Assembly (NCBI GenBank): GCA_043802925.1
Contig: JAZDKP010000285.1
Coordinates: 6,248 to 70,247, forward strand
Direction: 5' to 3'
DNA length: 64,000 nucleotides
From: Fibrobacterota bacterium
GTDB taxonomy: Bacteria > Fibrobacterota > OXYB2-FULL-49-7 > JAEUSG01
Shown here: positions 55,488 through 64,000 of the stretch, piece by piece
How the letters are laid out: each line of letters opens with the position of its first letter
Position numbering within the stretch: the first letter of the stretch is position 1
Notes under the pieces: model-generated
The model's database searches: none
Told to the model about the DNA's origin: nothing
Seen by the model: only the letters and a program-made list of their open reading frames with translations
Made by a program: the position numbers and the translations under genes

Positions 55488-55642
55488 ACCATACTTCCTT
55501 TAATAAGTTGAAGGTATATTGATAATATGGGTTACATCTGATTTTCTTAAGCCGGGAAAAGATATTAATTAATTAAAATAGAGTCAATGGGTGAATGGGA
55601 ATCCGGATGAAAAACACGTGAAAACGGATCCGGACGAAACAT

Positions 55643-55690
55643 CCACCCAACCGTAGGGGCGCATTGCGATGCGCCCTTACGGTTGGGTGG
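55643..55690. repeat. 48-nt near-perfect palindrome (REP-like); probable terminator hairpin of the T9SS cargo gene
   Basis: CCACCCAACCGTAGGGGCGCAT-TGCG-ATGCGCCCTTACGGTTGGGTGG. 22-nt arms with one mismatch. It starts 5 nt downstream of the stop codon at 55696-55698. Confidence 0.8.
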
Positions 55691-55695
55691 GGGGT

Positions 55696-57777
55696 TTATT
55701 TTATCAGCACCATCCTGCGCGTCAGTTGGGCGTCCCCGAACTGAAGACGGCAAAGGTAGACACCGCTCGGAAAACGGGACGCATCGAACATCCGCGTATG
55801 CAGGCCCGCGGAGAGCGCCTCTTTCGTAATCAGTGAAACAACTTTCTGACCCGCGGCGTTATAGACAACAAGCGTCACAAGGCCGGGACGGGGCAGGGTG
55901 AAGCGGAGCAGAGTGCGCGGATTGTACGGGTTGGGAATATTGGGCAGGAGCGAGAGCCGGGAGAGGGTGAGCGACACCGACTGGACCGGAGTCTCAAGGT
56001 CCAGGATTTCGTCGATGGAGCGCGAGAAGAGCCCGTTGCCGTCCGTACCGATAAAGAGCGTGCCCCCGCAGACCGCGACTCCCGGGACCCTTGTGCGGGT
56101 GAGTCCCTGAAGCGCCGGATACCAATTTGCGCCGTTGTCCTTGGAATAGTAGAACCCGTCCCCGGCCATGCCGGCGAACAGGTTGCCGCTCGAATCCACG
56201 TCGAGGGTCATGACCGACCCGAACTCAGGCAGGCCGTTGCCCGCATCCTGCCAGGAAAGGCCGTTGTCCGTGGAGCGGTAGACCCCTTCGCCGTTCGTGG
56301 CCGCGAAGATTTCCGTGCCGTTCTTAAAAAACTGATACACCCCCGAGGGCGGGCCGAGGGTCAGCAGCGACCAGGTCTGTCCGGTGTCGAGGGAGGCATA
56401 GATGCCGCGGCCAAAAGTGCCGGCGAGCAGCATGCCGTCCACCGCGACCATGGCGGAAACCGAAGTGTAGGCCGGAAAGCTGGCGCTGGTGTGGGTCCAG
56501 GTGCGCCCCGTGTCGGGCGAAACAAAAACGCCCTCGTTCCAGACACCGGCAAATAGCTTATCGCCAAGTGACGCAAAGGAGAAAACGCCGTTGGGCCAGA
56601 GCCCGGAGCTCGCGTCGTACCAGTTGGCCCCGCTGTCGGGCGACAGGTAGGCGCCCCAGCCGCTCACGCCTATGAAAAAATTAGCGCCGAAGGAAGTATA
56701 CGAAACCACGGGCAGGTAGCCCGGCAGGCCATTGTTGAGGCCGGACCAGGTGCGGCCCGTGTCCGCGGAGGCAAAGAGGCCGTTCCAGCAGCTCGCATAC
56801 AACCTGCCGTTGATTTGCTTTAAGAAATTGATGTGCACATTGTTCATGCCCGTGTTGCTGGCGCTCCAGGTACGGGCACTGTCCGCGGAGGCAAAAACAC
56901 CGCCGCCATCCATTCCCGCGAGCACGCGGCCGTTGTCGATGCGGAACGCCGCGATGCCGCCGGATGGCAGCCCGTCGCTGGAACGGGTCCAATCCGCCTC
57001 CGGCGCGTCGGACCAGTACAGGGCGTCGTCGGTGCCGGCATAAATGAAGGTGTCATTGGCCGCCAGCGTCTGGATGACCGTGCCGGAAAGCGCGGTCGGG
57101 TAGGCGGCCGCCCAGTTTGCGCCACTGTCGGATGAAACGTACACGCCGTCCGTGGTCCCGGCATAAAGCTTGCCCTTGAAGGACTGGAAGGCCCGGACGG
57201 ACGAATACCCCGGAATACCGGTGCCGGCCAGCGTGAAAGTGGCGCCACTGTCGAGTGAAACGTAGGCACCGTCGTCGGTCCCGGCATACAACCGTTCACC
57301 GAGTGCGTACCAGGCGAGGACCGGGTAATAGGCGGAGAGCCCCGTGCCCGACAAGGTCCATGTGAGGCCGTCATCCGTTGAGACGCGAAGCCGGTCCCAT
57401 GCGCCGGCTAAAAGACGCCGGCCATACTGAAAGACGGACAGGTATAGCCCGGAATCGGAGCTGCCAAGCGTCGCCCAGGTCTGCGCGTTGTCGGTAGAGG
57501 AAAAAAGCCCGCTGTTGGTGGCAACCATAAGCGCGCTCCCGGACTTGATGAGGCCGTAAACGGACAGGGGCTCGTTAAAGCCCGGCGCGGGCACGCTCCA
57601 GGTCGCGCCGTTGTCCACGGAGGCAAAGACATAACCGCTGTCCGTGCCCGCGTAAAGGGTGGCGCCGTCGGCAAGGAAGCAATTGACATTGCCGCCATAG
57701 GGGCCGGGGGTCGGGACCCAGTCCGCAAAGACCGCGATAACAACCGTCAACATCAGCATGACAAGTATCCGTTTCAT
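55696..57777 (-). CDS. Secreted BNR/Asp-box beta-propeller protein with T9SS C-terminal sorting domain
   Basis: Signal peptide MKRILVMLMLTVVIAVFA. About 12 Asp-box repeats (SVDNGATW, STDNAQTW, STDDGLTW, SSDSGANW, SADTGRTW ...). C-terminal LVVYNAAGQKV...SGVYLCRLQFGDAQLTRRMVLIK is typical of T9SS type A CTDs. Confidence 0.8.
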   Translation of the reverse strand: MKRILVMLMLTVVIAVFADWVPTPGPYGGNVNCFLADGATLYAGTDSGYVFASVDNGATWSVPAPGFNEPLSVYGLIKSGSALMVATNSGLFSSTDNAQTWATLGSSDSGLYLSVFQYGRRLLAGAWDRLRVSTDDGLTWTLSGTGLSAYYPVLAWYALGERLYAGTDDGAYVSLDSGATFTLAGTGIPGYSSVRAFQSFKGKLYAGTTDGVYVSSDSGANWAAAYPTALSGTVIQTLAANDTFIYAGTDDALYWSDAPEADWTRSSDGLPSGGIAAFRIDNGRVLAGMDGGGVFASADSARTWSASNTGMNNVHINFLKQINGRLYASCWNGLFASADTGRTWSGLNNGLPGYLPVVSYTSFGANFFIGVSGWGAYLSPDSGANWYDASSGLWPNGVFSFASLGDKLFAGVWNEGVFVSPDTGRTWTHTSASFPAYTSVSAMVAVDGMLLAGTFGRGIYASLDTGQTWSLLTLGPPSGVYQFFKNGTEIFAATNGEGVYRSTDNGLSWQDAGNGLPEFGSVMTLDVDSSGNLFAGMAGDGFYYSKDNGANWYPALQGLTRTRVPGVAVCGGTLFIGTDGNGLFSRSIDEILDLETPVQSVSLTLSRLSLLPNIPNPYNPRTLLRFTLPRPGLVTLVVYNAAGQKVVSLITKEALSAGLHTRMFDASRFPSGVYLCRLQFGDAQLTRRMVLIK

Positions 57778-57793
57778 AAAATCGGCCCTTCTT

Positions 57794-58312
57794 TTATTGT
57801 TTGTTATCCGTGTGTGGGGGAATTTTAAGGTCCTCGATGACCCCGGAAAAAAGCGTGGCGTTGTTTTCGTTCAGTTCCACCAGCGCCTGGTGGGCCTGCG
57901 CCACGCTGGCCCGGATGGCGGCCTTGTCGATGGTATGCGCGTCTTCAATCTCCTGCACGGCCGCAAGGGTGGACCGTTCGGACGGCACAAGAATCATGTC
58001 GAGGATTTTATTGCAGTTCAGCGTTTCAAGGATCTTTTTCACCTTGTCGTCAGCGTAGATGAGCGTGGCAAAACGGCCGTTGGTGTGGTAATAAGCCACC
58101 GAAAGGTGGCTGATGAGGCCGAGGATGGTACTGTCCACGAAATTACACTCCGTAAGGTCATAGATAAGCCGCGGCTTCTTGAGGATGATTTCACGGTTCT
58201 TGTCCTGAAAATCCTTGACCAGTGGAGCGACCAGCACCGTTGCGTGGCCGGTCAGGCGGATGATAATAGAGTCGGAGAGGAACCCTGCATAGACTTTGGC
58301 ACGATCTTCCAT
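57794..58312 (-). CDS. STAS-domain protein (anti-sigma-antagonist-like) with C-terminal helical extension
   Basis: IIRLTGHATVLVAPLVKDF...LIYDLTECNFVDSTILGLI...KVKKILETL resembles SpoIIAA/STAS. 16 nt upstream of the propeller gene on the same strand. Confidence 0.55.
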   Translation of the reverse strand: MEDRAKVYAGFLSDSIIIRLTGHATVLVAPLVKDFQDKNREIILKKPRLIYDLTECNFVDSTILGLISHLSVAYYHTNGRFATLIYADDKVKKILETLNCNKILDMILVPSERSTLAAVQEIEDAHTIDKAAIRASVAQAHQALVELNENNATLFSGVIEDLKIPPHTDNKQ

Positions 58313-58377
58313 ATACTATAATAATATGTTATTTTCAGCACGATTTCAAATAAAGAAACAAATTATATTTTCATGAC

Positions 58378-58827
58378 ATGACCCCCGAAGAATTCCAGCT
58401 CGAATGGATCAAGCGCCACGCCACTGGCCTGCATGTAAAGTACGATGGATCAGTACCGGACAAATCTGATAATCCCGGCGGGCCGGTAAAGACGCCCCAC
58501 CGGGGCGTCTCTGGCTTTCCCCACCGGGGCACTCCGCCCGCCGCTGCACGGACCCGTCACCCCTTCGAGACTACCGCCGACGCGGATTTGGATCTGCACG
58601 GTATGACCATCGACCAGGCCCTGGTCGAAACGGAAATATTCCTGGACATGGCCCGTGAATACGGCCTCACGGCCGTGCGCATCATCCACGGAATCGGGCC
58701 TGACAGCGGCCCCTCCATCCGCACGGAGCTGACGCGCGCCTTCAAGACACGGTTCAAGGGAAAAATCGAACGGCTGGAATACGAACCCCACAATTCGGGA
58801 TCCGTCATCATTTTTCCTTGCTCATGA
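58378..58827 (+). CDS. Smr-domain protein
   Basis: DLHGMTIDQAL...LTAVRIIHGIG...SGSVIIF matches the Smr (MutS2 C-terminal) domain. Confidence 0.8.
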   Translation: MTPEEFQLEWIKRHATGLHVKYDGSVPDKSDNPGGPVKTPHRGVSGFPHRGTPPAAARTRHPFETTADADLDLHGMTIDQALVETEIFLDMAREYGLTAVRIIHGIGPDSGPSIRTELTRAFKTRFKGKIERLEYEPHNSGSVIIFPCS

Positions 58828-60035
58828 AATCCTCGCTGCACGCTCTCGGTTGCTTTCTCGGGCTGAAAAAAAGCCTCGTAGGCCTGCTAACGATGGTTAT
58901 CCTCGTGGGCATGGGCGAACGCATGGCGGAACGCTTCCTTCCCATCTATCTCCTCGCACTGGGCGGCGGCGCCATAGCCATCGGCCTGCTCAGCGGCCTC
59001 ACCAACCTGCTCGGCGCGCTGTACTCCTATCCTGGCGGGTACCTGGCGGACCGTATCGGCACCAAGCGATCGCTCCTGGTGTTCAATGCCATGGCCATCC
59101 TTGGATACCTCATCGTCATCCTCTTTCCCGTATGGCAGGCCGTCATCGTGGGTTCCGTCTTTTTCCTGTCATGGTCCGCGCTGTCGCTTCCCGCAACCAT
59201 GGGCCTTGTTTCCAGTGTGCTGCCTAAAAGCAAACGTACCATGGGCGTGACACTCCATTCGCTGGTACGCCGCTTTCCCATGGCCCTGGGACCGGTGATT
59301 GGCGGCCTGTTCATTGCCGCATGGGGCGAACGCGATGGCGTGCGCTATGCGTTCGTCTGCGCGTTGGTGCTGGCTGTCCTCTCGGCCATTGTGCAGCAGA
59401 CACTGATTACAGACGAACCCGCAGGCAGCGAGAAAAAGCCCGTTGGGGCGGGCCCGTTTGCGCTCATGGCTCTGATGAGCCCCGAGCTGCGAAAGCTTCT
59501 CATTGCGGACATCCTGGTCCGCTTCTGCGAACAGATACCCGCGGCGTTTGTCGTTGTCTGGTGCATGAAGCAGATTCCGAACGGGGTGAGCGCGGTCCAG
59601 TTTGGCGTGCTTACGACCGTTGAAATGGCCACCGCAGTGCTGATTTACATTCCCGTGGCCTATTTCGCGGACAAAGGCTCCAAAAAACCATTTGTGACCA
59701 TGACCTTCGTTTTTTTCACGCTCTTTCCTCTCGTCCTTCTTTTCAGCCGTTCTTATGTCCCGTTGATTCTTGCGTTCTCCCTGCGCGGCCTCAAGGAGTT
59801 CGGAGAACCCACGCGCAAGGCCCTCATCATGGACCTCGCGCCCGAGGACCGCAAGGCCGCCATGTTCGGCCTCTATTATCTGCTACGGGACGTGCTGGTG
59901 GCTTTCGCGGCCTTCGGCGGCGCGTTGCTCTGGAAAGCGGGTCCATCCGTGAACCTGCTCACTGCCTTTGGCTTCGGGGTGATTGGAACAACATGGTTCG
60001 CCATTTACGGACGCGATGTTGAAACCCCTTCGTAA
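58818..60035 (+). CDS. MFS transporter
   Basis: 405 aa, about 12 TM segments. GGYLADRIGTKRSL loop 2-3 motif. Confidence 0.85.
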   Translation: MLMKSSLHALGCFLGLKKSLVGLLTMVILVGMGERMAERFLPIYLLALGGGAIAIGLLSGLTNLLGALYSYPGGYLADRIGTKRSLLVFNAMAILGYLIVILFPVWQAVIVGSVFFLSWSALSLPATMGLVSSVLPKSKRTMGVTLHSLVRRFPMALGPVIGGLFIAAWGERDGVRYAFVCALVLAVLSAIVQQTLITDEPAGSEKKPVGAGPFALMALMSPELRKLLIADILVRFCEQIPAAFVVVWCMKQIPNGVSAVQFGVLTTVEMATAVLIYIPVAYFADKGSKKPFVTMTFVFFTLFPLVLLFSRSYVPLILAFSLRGLKEFGEPTRKALIMDLAPEDRKAAMFGLYYLLRDVLVAFAAFGGALLWKAGPSVNLLTAFGFGVIGTTWFAIYGRDVETPS

Positions 60036-61538
<1,503 letters not shown>

Positions 61539-61570
61539 CGCATCTGTCCACACGGGCAACGCACCCTTTC

Positions 61571-61604
61571 CTCTCCCTTCTAAAACGAAGGGAGAGTTTT
61601 TTTT
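61571..61604 (+). terminator. Rho-independent terminator of eno
   Basis: CTCTCCCTTC / GAAGGGAGAG 10-bp stem, 6-nt loop, T8 run. Confidence 0.88.
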
Positions 61605-61673
61605 GGCCGGTCGGATCTCTTTTGGCTTTAAAACCAAGTAAGACTCCGTCTCAAAAACGGAATGAAACGGAAA

Positions 61674-63101
61674 TCAAGTTGACGGTTTCCAACCCTGTTT
61701 CCATTTCTTCGCGTCAATCTTAAAATCTTTCAGCTTGCGGAAAAAAGTGGCCTTGGATATCCTGGCCTCTCTTGCGGCCCGGTCGATAATCCCATTGTGT
61801 TTTTCCAACAGGGCCGTGATGTGTTCCGGGCGCATGGCGCGGGCGTCCCCCACGGGGATGGCGGGTTTGTTTTTTGTCTTGATAACTTCTCCGGCCCCGA
61901 TCGTCTCAATATGTTTTGCGTCGATCCGTTTGTCGTTGCACAGCAAGACCGCTTTTTCGATGACGTGTTCCAGTTCACGCACATTGCCCGGCCAATCGCA
62001 GGCCAGCAGTTTTTGATAACTGTCAACCGCCAACTCCTGGCATAGACGGCCATATTTTATGCGGGTGCGGTTTAAGAAATACAGGCTCAACGAGGGGATG
62101 TCTTCTTTATGCTCCCGTAGCGGCGGAAGCGTTAAATGAAAGGTGTTTAACCGATAATAAAGATCCTTGCGAAACAGCCCTTCGTCCACCATCTGCTGTA
62201 AGGGCTGGTTGGCTGCGGCGATAATCCGGGTATGGATATTTATCTTTTTATTGCTGCCGATTCGTTCCAATGTAAAATCCTGTAAAAAATTCAACAGCTT
62301 CGCCTGCGTGGCAAGAGGGATGTTTCCGATTTCATCCAGAAACAAGGTGCCCCCTTCGGCCGCTTCCAGTTTGCCGGCCCTTGCCTGCTCCGCGCCGGTA
62401 AACGCCCCTCTTTCGAATCCGAAAAGTTCACTCTCCAGCAGGGAGGACGGCAGGGCCGCGCAATCCACCTTTACAAAGGGTCCTTGGCAAAAAAGGCTGT
62501 TCTGGTGGATATAACGCGCCAGGACTTCCTTGCCCGTACCGGTTTCACCCTCGATTAAGATGGCCACGGGATATTCTGCCGCCGCCTTTGCTTTTGCTTT
62601 GATATTGTTAATAACAGCGCTTTCACCAATGAACAAAGGCCCATTTCCCGATTGCCCCAACGCCAGGGATTTTAATGCATCCCGCTCGCGCGCCATTTTT
62701 TCACTTTCTTTTTTCAATATCCGGATGTTTTTTTTAAGATGCGAAATGTCTTCCAGGGTAAAAACATAATGAAAACGCCCCTGAACACAAGTAAAGCGGT
62801 CGTCAAAAATCTGGCGAAAACGATAGGTGTTCTCCAAGCCATTGCGCAGGGCAATCTCATTCGCCGGTGAGCGGTTTATCCTCTCCACGGGCAAGACATA
62901 CACTTTTAACGATTTCAGGATAACGTGGCCGGCTTCTTCAAGATATAAATATTGATGTCCGACCGGATTTTCCATTGGCTCAAAATCAGTATACCCGAGT
63001 ATTTTCAACCCGTTGATAAAAAAAGCGAAATAGCCCCCCTCTTTTAAACACCTCAATTTTACATTCGTCCGCAGGCAGGGAAACGTTCCAGAACACTTCA
63101 T
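61674..63101 (-). CDS. Sigma-54-dependent transcriptional activator (AAA+ EBP core + Fis-type HTH); N-terminal limit uncertain, probable frameshift with the upstream ORF
   Basis: Walker A GETGTGKE, GAFTGA loop (ERGAFTGA), Walker B LFLDEIG, R-finger region, C-terminal HTH AAREARISKATFFRKLK. Overlaps ORF 62986-63990 by 116 nt in another frame. Confidence 0.88.
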   Translation of the reverse strand: MKCSGTFPCLRTNVKLRCLKEGGYFAFFINGLKILGYTDFEPMENPVGHQYLYLEEAGHVILKSLKVYVLPVERINRSPANEIALRNGLENTYRFRQIFDDRFTCVQGRFHYVFTLEDISHLKKNIRILKKESEKMARERDALKSLALGQSGNGPLFIGESAVINNIKAKAKAAAEYPVAILIEGETGTGKEVLARYIHQNSLFCQGPFVKVDCAALPSSLLESELFGFERGAFTGAEQARAGKLEAAEGGTLFLDEIGNIPLATQAKLLNFLQDFTLERIGSNKKINIHTRIIAAANQPLQQMVDEGLFRKDLYYRLNTFHLTLPPLREHKEDIPSLSLYFLNRTRIKYGRLCQELAVDSYQKLLACDWPGNVRELEHVIEKAVLLCNDKRIDAKHIETIGAGEVIKTKNKPAIPVGDARAMRPEHITALLEKHNGIIDRAAREARISKATFFRKLKDFKIDAKKWKQGWKPST

Positions 63102-64000
63102 GGAGGATCTCGCCCGTCTTTTTTAATAGCGCTTTCTTTTGTGGGTAATGATAACCGATTAAGTACCCTTTAAAATCCGGAAAAAATTGCCCGTGGGCCG
63201 CATCGCCGCCCAGGATAAAACAGGGCAACCGTCCCCCGTCCAGGCGAACCGTCAATTCCATCTTAATGTCCTGCCTGGTAAAATCGACGGTGGGTCGCAG
63301 ACGCAGAAGCCTGTTGCGCTCTTGTCCGGGTTCCCATACCCATTGCGCGCCCTCTTTTTTCAGTTCACGGGTCTCTATATATTGCTCCATCTCCGATGGC
63401 GCAATATTTTGAAAATCCAGCGCATGGGATAATCGCCAGTCCAGCTCCCTTATTTGCATCCAATGAGACTCTTTGCTTTTAAGTAAATCCAGAGGATGGG
63501 GATCGAAAAATTCTTTTGCCGGCCGGCCGAGCATGTTCTTGCTTGAAATTCTTTTAACGGGAAAAAGATTAAGCAACGCCTGGTTACATCCCTGAATTTC
63601 CTCGTTGGTATCCAAAAAGAGCAGGGGGGATTGCCTGAAACTGACAATGCGAGTGCTGAAATCATTATACCGAATGGCGCCGAAAAGCCCGGTATTCTTT
63701 ATTTTTAACAAACTGAGCCTGGAAAAGGGAATGTTCGTATAAAAGCCAAAAAAATCTTCGAATTTCTCAAAAAAATTTTTTGAAGCATAGGTATGCGCAG
63801 CACTGAAAATCCATTTCCGGATAATATTCTCCCCTTGTCCGTCAAGGGGGAATGAAAGTTCGGCAATCGTTTTGTTCCCGGGTAAAAAATAGAAATCGCG
63901 GATGTTTTTCCCGCAAATACGGCTAAAGTCAAAATTATAGACGTTGTCATTAAATAAGATATCCGAAATGAGGCCGTCTTCTTCGATCACGATGAATAAT
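62986..64000 (-). CDS. N-terminal sensor-like region (beta-sandwich at its C-terminus), probably the front half of the sigma-54 activator; open to the window edge
   Basis: The frame has no stop up to nt 64000. It ends 10 nt before an alternative EBP start (ATG 62975). The jelly-roll-like sequence continues across the frame change (…ECKIEVFKRGG / YFAFFINGLKILGYTDF…). Confidence 0.55.
   Translation of the reverse strand, partial: LFIVIEEDGLISDILFNDNVYNFDFSRICGKNIRDFYFLPGNKTIAELSFPLDGQGENIIRKWIFSAAHTYASKNFFEKFEDFFGFYTNIPFSRLSLLKIKNTGLFGAIRYNDFSTRIVSFRQSPLLFLDTNEEIQGCNQALLNLFPVKRISSKNMLGRPAKEFFDPHPLDLLKSKESHWMQIRELDWRLSHALDFQNIAPSEMEQYIETRELKKEGAQWVWEPGQERNRLLRLRPTVDFTRQDIKMELTVRLDGGRLPCFILGGDAAHGQFFPDFKGYLIGYHYPQKKALLKKTGEILHEVFWNVSLPADECKIEVFKRGGLFRFFYQRVENTRVY

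Overview
High-GC (about 60% by eye) bacterial chromosomal segment, densely coded, with many ATGA or 4-35 nt overlaps between adjacent genes. The content is mostly housekeeping and cell envelope. It includes a surface-glycosylation cluster (UPF0104 membrane protein, YfhO, RmlD-like, Dpm1-like GT2, GT2 fusion), srkA, and accA-trm112-hldC-TPR-accB-accC. It also includes a FecR-like protein, methyltransferases, a 7TMR-DISM hybrid histidine kinase, rpsU and a 1009-aa glycoside-hydrolase-like protein. Further along are a B12-radical-SAM / AAA-ATPase / methyltransferase trio, recJ-argH, several outer-membrane barrels and tex. Then come a LolD/FtsX/FtsX/LolA-like/OMP operon, tRNA-Ser, SRP RNA, dnaX-ybaB-recR-pgpA-cinA, a GldA/F/G-like ABC system, a BNR-propeller protein with a T9SS C-terminal domain, eno and a sigma-54 activator. 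The T9SS sorting domain and GldAFG-like genes hint at an FCB-superphylum relative (low confidence). No CRISPR array, rRNA or prophage is visible. The non-ordinary signal sits in small AT-rich islets and repeats. These are a RAYT (IS200-like Y1 transposase) with a perfect 34-nt palindrome inside its own coding sequence, two MITE-like inverted-repeat composites bracketing srkA plus a solo copy, and a 48-nt REP-like palindrome. There is also an orphan wHTH-GHKL ATPase-STAS fusion gene in an AT-rich islet, a consensus sigma-54 promoter in front of the ABC/LolA-like operon, a sigma-54 activator apparently split at a homopolymer, and a long recJ/argH overlap. All function calls come from reading motifs by eye. 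No searches were run.
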